This document shows positions 1-7,372 of a stretch of DNA of 64,000 nucleotides, in pieces (the stretch's first letter is position 1; every line of letters starts with the position of its first letter). Position numbers and translations under genes: made by a program. This DNA comes from Polyangiales bacterium (GTDB lineage Bacteria; Myxococcota_A; Polyangia; Polyangiales; Ga0077539): positions 56,842 to 120,841 of the forward strand of contig JAWKRB010000021.1 in NCBI GenBank assembly GCA_041389885.1, given 5' to 3'. The notes below the pieces were generated by a model. The model was not told the DNA's origin. It ran no database searches and worked only from the letters and a program-made list of their open reading frames with translations.

Positions 1-986
1 CCTCCGAGGAGCCCCGGGGCGCACACCAGCGACGTGCGCGCCGGGCTGCGCGGCGCCGTGAGCAGCAGCACCGCGCCGGCGAGGGAGAGCGCCGCGCCGG
101 TCGCGAGGGTCCCGACGGCCGCGCTGCCGAAGGTCGCGACCTCGCCGTGCAGCGACGTGCACGCCTCGCCCCCCAGCGGCACGCCGTCGCGCTCGGAGCA
201 CTGCATCGCGCCGTAGTCGTTGAAGGCGTTGGCGCGGGCCTCACGCAATCCCAGCAGCACCGCGCCCGCGACGAGGGAGGCGCCCCCCACGCCGACGAGG
301 GCCCAGCCCACCCGGGTCGCGACCGGCGTCGGCGCGGGCGCCGCGGGGCGCGGAGTGACCGCGGGCGGAGGCACGACCACGGGCAGCGGCACGACCACCG
401 GAGGCGCGACGACCACGGGCGGCGCCGTCTCGGGAGCCACCAGGGGGCGCAGCACCACCTGCTCCCGCGCCACGGCGCCCGCGGTGACCTCGACATCGCG
501 GACCACGGTGTACCGCCCCGCGAGGCGCACCTCGACGCGCACCACGCCCACCAGCAGCGGCACCGGCTCGGCCATCGGCAACGTCGCGACGCGCTCGCCG
601 TTCACCAGCACCTCGGCGCCCTCCTCGCCGCCCATCACCTGCAGCGCGCCGATGTGCTGCTCGATCGCGCGGAGGTCGCCCTCCAGCCGCGATCGCCGCG
701 CGTTGACCCACGGGTCGGCGCGGTCGGCGAGGCCCGCGCGGAGGTCCTCTCGGGCCGCGAGCCAGCGACCCAGGGCCTGCTCCGCCCACGCGATCTGCAC
801 CCGCAGCCGCGGCGCGTCGCAGCTCGCCCGCGCCGCTTGAAAGCGCGCGAGCGCCTCGGCGTCGCGCCCGGCCCGGCGGAGGCCCACGCCGTCGTGAATG
901 GCCGAAGCGCACGGATCTCTCTGCGCCGCAGCGAGATGCGCGCCACAGAGCATCGCGGCGAAGAGGGCGCCGACGCTACTCTTCAA
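1..986 (-). CDS. Envelope protein with signal peptide, TPR-like helices, PEGA-like beta domain, Pro/Val-rich spacer and a C-terminal TM helix. The 3' end is cut by the window edge and the ORF is absent from the supplied track.
   Basis: I translated the third minus frame myself. It reads (TTG 986) KSSVGALFAAMLCGAHLAAAQ, a signal-like start. It continues through DAEALARFQAARASCDAPRLRVQIAWAEQALGRW, then VLVNGERVATLPMAEPVPLLVGVVRVEVRLAGRYTVVRDVEV (PEGA-like). Next come PPVVVAPPVVVPLPVVVPPP and WALVGVGGASLVAGAVLLGL (TM). The frame stays open to nt 1 with strong GC3. The start could instead be ATG 953. Confidence 0.6.
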   Translation of the reverse strand, partial: MKSSVGALFAAMLCGAHLAAAQRDPCASAIHDGVGLRRAGRDAEALARFQAARASCDAPRLRVQIAWAEQALGRWLAAREDLRAGLADRADPWVNARRSRLEGDLRAIEQHIGALQVMGGEEGAEVLVNGERVATLPMAEPVPLLVGVVRVEVRLAGRYTVVRDVEVTAGAVAREQVVLRPLVAPETAPPVVVAPPVVVPLPVVVPPPAVTPRPAAPAPTPVATRVGWALVGVGGASLVAGAVLLGLREARANAFNDYGAMQCSERDGVPLGGEACTSLHGEVATFGSAAVGTLATGAALSLAGAVLLLTAPRSPARTSLVCAPGLLG

Positions 987-2283
987 TCGGCGCTCCGTTC
1001 GCCCCGACGGCGCGCTCGGGCGCGGCGCTGGGGCGTGGCCGCGCGGTCCTGACCGGGCGGGGGGGGGCGGGGTCGCGCGGAGCCACGGCCGGCGCCGCGG
1101 CCGGGGCGAGGACCACGGGCGCCGCGGGGGCGACCTCGGGCGGCGGCTCCGGGGGCGGAGGGTCGGCGGGGCGCGAGACCACCGGGGTGACGGGCGGAGG
1201 CGCCGCGGGGGTCGCGCGCGGCCGCAGCGCGAACGCAGCGCTCACCAGCAGCGCCGCGAGCGCCACGAAGGCCACCGCGACCGCGCCCCGGGCGCGCAGC
1301 ATGGGGACCTCGAGGGGCGTCGCGGCCGCCGGCGGCGCTGAGGGCGGCGTCACCGCGGCCCCCTGAAACACCGCGGCCCACCGCGCGCGATCGGGCTCGG
1401 GCGCGAGGGGCAGCAGGGCGCGCGCGAGCTCGGCCACCGAGGCGAAGCGCGCGTCGGGAGCGACCGCGAGGGCGCGCTCGACGAGGTCGACGAGGGCGCT
1501 CGGCGTCTCGGGGGCGGCGACGCCGAGGGGATCGCGCTCCCCCGCGGTGATCGCCCGCATCACGAGGTACAGCGACGCGCCCGCGAAGGGGCGGCGGCCC
1601 GCGGCGCACTCGTACATGATCGTGCCCAGCGCGAACTGGTCGCTCGCGGGGGTCACCGCGTGGGCGCCGAGCACCTGCTCCGGGGACATGTACCAGCTCG
1701 TGCCCAGCGTCGCGGCGCTGGAGGTGAGGCCCTCGGCGGCGCCGGGGTGGGTGAGCTTCGAGATGCCGAAGTCGAGCACCTTCACCACCTCGTCGCCGAG
1801 GGACGAGCGCGACAGGAAGATGTTCGCGGGCTTGAGGTCGCGGTGCACGATGCCCGCGCGGTGGGCCGCGTCGACCGCCGCGCACACCGGCAGCATCACC
1901 GAGGCGATGCGCGCGGGCGTCATGGGGCCGCGGGCGAGGTGCGCCTCGAGCGACTCACCCTCCAAGAGCTCCATCACGAGAAAGAGGTCGTCGCCCTCAG
2001 CGGCGAAGTCCGACACGTCGACGACGTGAGGGTGCCGCAGCTTCGACGCCGCGACGCCCTCCCGCGCGAAGCGCGCGCGCACCTGCGGCCTGGCGGCGAA
2101 CTCGGGGCGCAGGAGCTTCAGGGCGACGCGCTTGTCGAGGTCCCGGTGCGTGGCCTCGTAGACCTCGCCCATGCCGCCGCAGCCGATGCGGCGCACCAGG
2201 GTGTAGCGCCCGAGCGTCGTGCCCGCGGGGCGCGAGGGCGGCTCGGGCGCGTCGGGATCGTACGAGAAGGTCTCCTCAAACAT
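976..2283 (-). CDS. Hanks-type Ser/Thr protein kinase with a TM helix and a Pro-rich C-terminal tail
   Basis: Motifs seen: GCGGMGEVY (Gly loop), VALK, HRDLKPANIF, DFGISK and SPEQ. The TM segment is AVAVAFVALAALLVSAAFAL. I set the start at ATG 2283 (MFEETF), not at the ORF-track start 2424, which would overlap the divergent gene. Confidence 0.9.
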   Translation of the reverse strand: MFEETFSYDPDAPEPPSRPAGTTLGRYTLVRRIGCGGMGEVYEATHRDLDKRVALKLLRPEFAARPQVRARFAREGVAASKLRHPHVVDVSDFAAEGDDLFLVMELLEGESLEAHLARGPMTPARIASVMLPVCAAVDAAHRAGIVHRDLKPANIFLSRSSLGDEVVKVLDFGISKLTHPGAAEGLTSSAATLGTSWYMSPEQVLGAHAVTPASDQFALGTIMYECAAGRRPFAGASLYLVMRAITAGERDPLGVAAPETPSALVDLVERALAVAPDARFASVAELARALLPLAPEPDRARWAAVFQGAAVTPPSAPPAAATPLEVPMLRARGAVAVAFVALAALLVSAAFALRPRATPAAPPPVTPVVSRPADPPPPEPPPEVAPAAPVVLAPAAAPAVAPRDPAPPRPVRTARPRPSAAPERAVGANGAPIEE

Positions 2284-2321
2284 GGGTGCGTCGCGCGGCG
2301 AGATGATAGACCGCTGAGGGC

Positions 2322-4277
2322 ATGACGGTGCTCCGGCCGACACGTTTCCTGCTCCTGGTTGGGATGACCGGCTGCACCGGGCTGCGCCAGTCTCCCAGCG
2401 ACGCGCCTGCGGCAGACGTTGCACACGCGCAGGACAGCGACGCGCTCCACGATGCCACAGATGTCCCGCGGGACGGCCACGAGGCGACCGACGCCCTCGA
2501 CGCGACCGCCATGGACGACGCCCTCGACGCGACCGCCATGGACGCCGCCCTCGACGCGACCGCGATGGACGACGCCCTCGACGCGACCGCCATGGACGCC
2601 GCCCTCGACGCGACCGCGATGGACGCCGCGGACTCCGCGGAGGTCACGGCGCGAGACGTCGCCGGGCCGGACGTGGTCGACGTCCCCGCGGCCGCCGATG
2701 TAGACCCGGGGGCTCTGATCGCGCCGCGTCTCCGCGCGCCCCTCGCGGGGACGTGGATGAGCACCGGGCGCGTGACCTTTCGGTGGCTCCCGGTGCCCGG
2801 CCAGGACGCCGTGGTGGAGGTCTGCCCCGACGCGCGCTGCACCACCGTCGCGCGGGTGCTCCAGGGAGCCCCCGATGGCACCGCCTCCCCCTCCACCGAC
2901 CTCGCCCAGGGGACCTGGTGGTGGCGCGTACGCCCGGTCGTCCGCGGCGTGCGCGGGCTCACCCCGAGCGCCACGTGGCACCTCGTGGTCGAGGGCCGCG
3001 GCGCCGCGCCCGCGAGCGCCACCGGCCTGCTCCTCGACCCCGACGCCGACGGTCGCCGAGACCTCTACGTCGGCGCGTGGCACGCGAGCATGGGCGCGGG
3101 CGAGGTGCGCGTGTGGATCCGCACGGCGGACCTCGCGCCAGGCCTCCAGCGCACCCTCGGTCCGATCACCCGGCGCGGCGCGGGCTGGGCCATCGCGCCC
3201 GCGGGTGACCTCGACGGCGACGGTCTCCCCGAGGTCGCGTACAGCGTGATGACCTCGCCCAACGAGAACGGCGAGGTGGTGCTGATCCGCGGCGACCGCA
3301 GCGGGAACCAGCTCACGATGACCGTGCTGAGCACCGGCGCCGACGACCTCACCTACGGCGCGGCCATCGCGGGGCTCGGCGACGTCGACGGCGACGGCTT
3401 CGGAGACTTCGCCGTCGCGCGCCCCTCGTACTTCAACAACCAGGACGGCACGGTCTTCGTGTACAGCGGCGCCGCCGGCGGCCTGCGGGGCTGGGACGGA
3501 ACCGGCCGCGCCCTCCCCTCGACGACCCTGCGAGGAGCCTCGACCCAGGACAACGGCTTCGGGCGCTCCCTCGCGGGCGTCGGCGACCTCGACGGCGACG
3601 GCTACGCCGACCTCGTCGTGGGCGCGCCGCCCCGAGGCACCGTCACCCCCGGCGAGGTCTGCGTGCACCTCGGCGGCCCCGCGGGGCTCGCCGCCACACC
3701 GACGCGAATCCCTGCGCCGCAAGCGCTTCCGGCGATCTTCGGGTCGACCGTGGCCGGCGCCGGCGACCTCAACGGCGACGGCCTCGCCGACTTCGCGGCG
3801 TCGGGCGGCACCCGCGCCGACCCGCTGGTGTACGTCTTCTACGGCGCCCGCGCCGGACCTCGAACCACCCCCGACGTCGTGCTCCGCCCGCCCGAGACCG
3901 CGCTGAACTTCGGCAACGACATCGTGGGCGTGGGCGACGTCGACCGCGACGGCTGGGCCGACCTCGCCGTGAGCGCGACGGGCGCGCCGGGCGGCGGGCG
4001 CGTGTACATCTACCGGGGCGGCCCCTCGGGCGTAGACGCCACCGCCCCCTACGCGCTGCGCAGCGCCGAAGCCTCGACCCTCTTCGGGATGTCCCTGGGG
4101 AGCCACGGCGACGTGGACGGCGACGGGGCGCCAGACCTCGTCGTGGGCGACGCCTTCTTCGACCGCGAGGCCGGGCGCGTCTGGGTCTTTCGCGGGGCCG
4201 TCGGCGGCGTCGACCCCGTGCGCTGGCGCGCCCTCGACGGCGCCGCCGACGGCGAGCGCTTCGGGCAGTCCCTCTGA
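2322..4277 (+). CDS. FG-GAP (integrin-alpha-like) repeat lipoprotein
   Basis: The signal and lipobox are LLLVGMTGC. There are at least six FG-GAP/Ca-binding motifs: DLDGDGLPEV, GDVDGDGFGDFAV, GDLDGDGYADLVVGAP, GDLNGDGLADFAASG, GDVDRDGWADLAVSA and GDVDGDGAPDLVVGD. Confidence 0.9.
   Translation: MTVLRPTRFLLLVGMTGCTGLRQSPSDAPAADVAHAQDSDALHDATDVPRDGHEATDALDATAMDDALDATAMDAALDATAMDDALDATAMDAALDATAMDAADSAEVTARDVAGPDVVDVPAAADVDPGALIAPRLRAPLAGTWMSTGRVTFRWLPVPGQDAVVEVCPDARCTTVARVLQGAPDGTASPSTDLAQGTWWWRVRPVVRGVRGLTPSATWHLVVEGRGAAPASATGLLLDPDADGRRDLYVGAWHASMGAGEVRVWIRTADLAPGLQRTLGPITRRGAGWAIAPAGDLDGDGLPEVAYSVMTSPNENGEVVLIRGDRSGNQLTMTVLSTGADDLTYGAAIAGLGDVDGDGFGDFAVARPSYFNNQDGTVFVYSGAAGGLRGWDGTGRALPSTTLRGASTQDNGFGRSLAGVGDLDGDGYADLVVGAPPRGTVTPGEVCVHLGGPAGLAATPTRIPAPQALPAIFGSTVAGAGDLNGDGLADFAASGGTRADPLVYVFYGARAGPRTTPDVVLRPPETALNFGNDIVGVGDVDRDGWADLAVSATGAPGGGRVYIYRGGPSGVDATAPYALRSAEASTLFGMSLGSHGDVDGDGAPDLVVGDAFFDREAGRVWVFRGAVGGVDPVRWRALDGAADGERFGQSL
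2490..2624 (+). repeat. In-frame tandem repeat of 5 x 27 bp, encoding DALDATAMD / AALDATAMD
   Basis: Units 2 and 4 are identical, as are units 3 and 5, giving a 54-bp higher-order unit. The repeat lies in the post-lipobox linker of the FG-GAP protein, residues 57-101. Confidence 0.9.
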
Positions 4278-4293
4278 CCCGCCGCGGCTCCGC

Positions 4294-5886
4294 TCAGGCG
4301 AGGGGGATCACCGCCGGCGGCGCGAGGATGCCGCGCGCCCACGCGTCCCTCAGCGTCGCGAGGAAGGCCCCCTCGGGCCCCTCCTCGGAGTGCAGCAGCA
4401 CCACCAGGGGCCGCAGCGCGCGGTCGCTCCCCAGGGCCGCCGCCAGGAGCACCGCGCTGTCGGCGTCGCCCCACTGCGCGTCGTCGATGATCAGCGTCGC
4501 GCCCGCCCCAGACGCGCGCGCGAGGGCCCTGCGCCACGCGGCGAAGGCCTCGTCGCGATCCCGCGCGGCGTCGAGCCTCGCGGGGAGCTCGGCGCCTCGG
4601 AGCCTGCGCCCGAAGGCCGGAAAGAACCTCGCCAGGGCCGTGAAGGTTCGCCCGTCGAGGTCGCGCGCGCGGCGCGCGAGGGCGTCGGTGACCGGGTCGA
4701 GGGCCTGAAAGGGCACCGCCGCGCGCGGGTGGCAGCGCGCCTCGAAGACCGTCGCCCCCGCGCCGCGGAGCTCCGCCGCGAAGCGCTGCGCGAGGGCCGC
4801 GCGAACGCCCCCGTCGGGCCCTGTCACCCGCACGAACACCGCCCCGTCGCGGGTTCGCGCGCGGGCGGCGCGCAGCGCGGCGAGCTCCTCCTCGCGGCCC
4901 TCCACGAGGGTCACCGCCGCGGGGGTCGCCGCCGCGGGTTGCACCCCCAGGGCGCGGAGCACGTCGTCGGCGGCGGGACGCGCGGCGGGCTCCCGCGCGA
5001 GCAGGCCCAGCGCGAGGTCGACGAGGTCATCGGGGAGGTCTTCGAGCGCGGCGGCGTCGGGGCGCGCGAGGCGTGGGTCGGGCGCGTCTTCGTTGCACTT
5101 GCGGTGCATGACGTGAAACGCGCTGCCGCGGAAGGGCCCCGCGCCGGTGAGGGCCTCGTAGAGCATCGCGCCGAAGGCGTACCAGTCGCTCGCCGTGGTC
5201 GCCGCCTCCCCCCGCGTCTGCTCGGGGGACATGTACCCCGGCGTGCCCACCACGCCGTCTTCGAGGGAGTCGACGGTGGCGTGCCGCGCCCGCGCGACGA
5301 GGCCGAAATCGACGATCACCGCGTCGCCCTCGGGGGTGACCACGACGTTCGAGGGCTTGAGGTCGCGGTGCAGCCAGCCCGCCTCGTGGAGCGCGGCGAT
5401 GCCCGACGCGAGCTGCTCGAAGACCGGGCGAATCTCCTCGGGCGCGAGGGTGATCTGCACCCGCGGCGCCGGCGGGGGAACGCTCCGCGGAGGCGCCGGC
5501 GCGCGCGAGTCGGCGTGGCTCGCGAGCAGGGTCTCCTCGGCCGGCGCGACCGACGTCGTGGTCTCGCGGAGCGCGCCGCGGAGCCAGGTGCGAAGGTCGA
5601 CGCCGGGCACGAGGTCCATGGTGAGAAACCAGCGCCCGTCGCCGACGAGGAGCTCGCGGAGCCGCACCACGTTGGGGTGCCGGAGGTCTGCGAGCAGGCG
5701 AAACTCCCGCTTGAAGCGGTACACCGCCGAGGGGTCTACGGAGGTCAGCCGCTTGAGCGCGAGGCGCTCGCCCGTGGCGTGGTCGAGGGCCTCGTAGACC
5801 GCGCCGAAGGCGCCCCGACCGAGGGGGCGCAGGAGCTCGAACCGATCCAGGATCAGCGCGTCGGGGCTCGAGGGCGCGTCGGACAT
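4294..5886 (-). CDS. Ser/Thr protein kinase fused to an AAA_16/STAND-like NTPase domain with a degenerate Walker A
   Basis: Kinase motifs: GRGAFGAVY, LALK, HRDLKPSNVV, DFGLVA and SPEQ. The C-terminal part resembles AAA_16 (VEGREEELAALRAA ... LIIDDAQWGDADS ... LVVLLHSEE). I prefer the ATG at 5886 (MSDAP) over the GTG at 5907. Confidence 0.85.
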   Translation of the reverse strand: MSDAPSSPDALILDRFELLRPLGRGAFGAVYEALDHATGERLALKRLTSVDPSAVYRFKREFRLLADLRHPNVVRLRELLVGDGRWFLTMDLVPGVDLRTWLRGALRETTTSVAPAEETLLASHADSRAPAPPRSVPPPAPRVQITLAPEEIRPVFEQLASGIAALHEAGWLHRDLKPSNVVVTPEGDAVIVDFGLVARARHATVDSLEDGVVGTPGYMSPEQTRGEAATTASDWYAFGAMLYEALTGAGPFRGSAFHVMHRKCNEDAPDPRLARPDAAALEDLPDDLVDLALGLLAREPAARPAADDVLRALGVQPAAATPAAVTLVEGREEELAALRAARARTRDGAVFVRVTGPDGGVRAALAQRFAAELRGAGATVFEARCHPRAAVPFQALDPVTDALARRARDLDGRTFTALARFFPAFGRRLRGAELPARLDAARDRDEAFAAWRRALARASGAGATLIIDDAQWGDADSAVLLAAALGSDRALRPLVVLLHSEEGPEGAFLATLRDAWARGILAPPAVIPLA

Positions 5887-5959
5887 CCGCCGCCGACGAT
5901 AGCGCACTCGCGGTGCCCGGCGGGTGTCTGCGCGAGGCCGCGCGAGCTCCGCGCTGCGC

Positions 5960-6772
5960 TCAGGGCCGCGCGTCGCTCACGCAGGGGATGCCGCGCTCGC
6001 GCAGCGGGCGGAGCACCCGGCTCTCGAGGCTGCGCGACGCGAGGTCGAGGTAGGCCGCCGACTCCATCCAGCCCAGCGCGTGGGCGTCGCTGTAGGCCGT
6101 CTTGGGGCGGTTCTGCAGGTGCTTCCAGTTGCGCTTCAGCATCGTGACGGTGTCGTCGGCCGAGCGGGCCAGGAGCGCGCGCGCGCTGTCAGGGAGCAGC
6201 GGGAGCGCCCAGTCGAGGTAGGTGAACCCGAAGGTGCCGTGGGCGGCCTCGTCGCGCACGATGATCCCGAGCACGCCCCGCGCGAGGGGGTGCGTCGCCG
6301 CGTGCCAGGTGCCTCGGAGCATGGGGATCGAGATGGCTTCGCCCACGCAGAAGAAGCGCACCACGAGGTCGGCGCAGCGGAGCACGGGGTCGAGGTCTTC
6401 GCGGGGGAGCGCGACGAGGGCGTCGGGGTCGTGCACGATCTCGACGGCCCCGCCGAGCTCCATCGCCATGCGCGCGCAGAGCTCGACGTGCACCACCTCG
6501 TCGAGGGGAAAGCGCGAGGCCATCGCGATGAGGTCCAGCGGCGCGCGGGCCTCGAGGAGGCACTTGAGCGTCTGCGTCACCGCGACCGCCGTGCGGTACT
6601 CCTGAAAGGCCGAGCCCGTCCACGAGGTGCGGGCGGCCTCGACGATCTCGGGCGGGTAGTCCTCGCGGCGGATGGTGCCCCAGGGGAGCGCCTCGACCTC
6701 GGGGCGCTGACGTCGGTACCGCTGCTCGTACTTTCCGCCGAGGAGCTCGAGCTCGAAGATTTCAGCCGCCAT
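5960..6772 (-). CDS. Ferritin-like (diiron-carboxylate type) domain protein with no signal peptide
   Basis: Two E...ExxH ligand sets are visible: E58, E92-V-V-H95, E145 and E175-A-A-H178. GC3 is strong. Its ATG shares one nt with the stop of the upstream ORF at 6772. Confidence 0.8.
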   Translation of the reverse strand: MAAEIFELELLGGKYEQRYRRQRPEVEALPWGTIRREDYPPEIVEAARTSWTGSAFQEYRTAVAVTQTLKCLLEARAPLDLIAMASRFPLDEVVHVELCARMAMELGGAVEIVHDPDALVALPREDLDPVLRCADLVVRFFCVGEAISIPMLRGTWHAATHPLARGVLGIIVRDEAAHGTFGFTYLDWALPLLPDSARALLARSADDTVTMLKRNWKHLQNRPKTAYSDAHALGWMESAAYLDLASRSLESRVLRPLRERGIPCVSDARP

Positions 6773-7275
6773 CAGCGACCCGAGTCGGGCGGCGGCGGGA
6801 TCAGGTTCGCCACGGGCACGTCGCGCATCACCACGCCGTCGTCGGCGGGCATCACCACGTCGGGCGGCGGCGGGATCAGGTTCGCCACGGGCACGTCGCG
6901 CATCGTGACGCCGTCGTCGGTGGGGGTCACCGCGTCGGAGGGCGGCGTCATCACGTCGGGGGGCGGCAGCAGGTTCGCCACCGGGACGTCCCGCATCGTC
7001 GTGCCGTCGTCGGCGGGCGGCGTCACCACGTCGGGGGGCGGCAGCAGGTTCGCCACCGGGACGTCCCGCATCGTGCCGTCGTCCCTCGGGGTCTGCACGT
7101 CGCTCCCGGTCTGGGCGTCGTCGGCCGCGTCGCGCTCGACTTGTGCGTCTTCGGGGGGCGCGACGAGGTTCGCGACCGTGCTGCTGGAGCAGTCGAGCTG
7201 GGACAGCGCCGACATCCCGGCGACCACCAGGAGCTTCTTGCCGAGGAGGCGCCTGCGCTTTGGTTGATCCGGCAT
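6772..7275 (-). CDS. Proline-rich repeat protein with an Arg-rich signal-like N-terminus
   Basis: The N-terminus is MPDQPKRRRLLGKKLLVVAGMSALSQLDC. It is followed by five VANLx(A/P)PP motifs, four of them in MRDVPVANL(L/I)PPP(P)D units. The ATG is at 7275 and GC3 is strong. Confidence 0.7.
   Translation of the reverse strand: MPDQPKRRRLLGKKLLVVAGMSALSQLDCSSSTVANLVAPPEDAQVERDAADDAQTGSDVQTPRDDGTMRDVPVANLLPPPDVVTPPADDGTTMRDVPVANLLPPPDVMTPPSDAVTPTDDGVTMRDVPVANLIPPPPDVVMPADDGVVMRDVPVANLIPPPPDSGR
6775..7071 (-). repeat. Four in-frame repeat units of 25-31 codons encoding MRDVPVANL(L/I)PPPPD...
   Basis: The units start at residues 69, 94, 125 and 150 of the 167-aa ORF. At DNA level there are two pairs of near-identical ~40-bp blocks. 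Confidence 0.8.
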
Positions 7276-7372
7276 GACAAGTGTTGTTTCACGCCCTCTG
7301 GCGTCTGGTCAAACCCGGTTACGATCCGAGCAGGACGCGCCGAGTACGCCGCGCCCAGAGGAGAATCCTTCT

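Noticed and set aside
147-1052. ORF-track entries 147-1052(+), 220-840(+), 241-912(-) and 635-946(-) at the left edge
   Set aside because: All are Arg/Gly/Ala/Pro/Thr-rich shadow translations. The third minus frame, which is not in the track because it runs off the window, gives a sensible signal, TPR, PEGA and TM protein with strong GC3.
2118-4106. 662-aa minus-strand ORF antisense to the FG-GAP gene, plus several 90-250-aa ORFs in the same span
   Set aside because: The composition is typical of out-of-frame high-GC translation, with RGA-rich runs. The plus frame carries six canonical FG-GAP/Ca-binding motifs and a lipoprotein signal.
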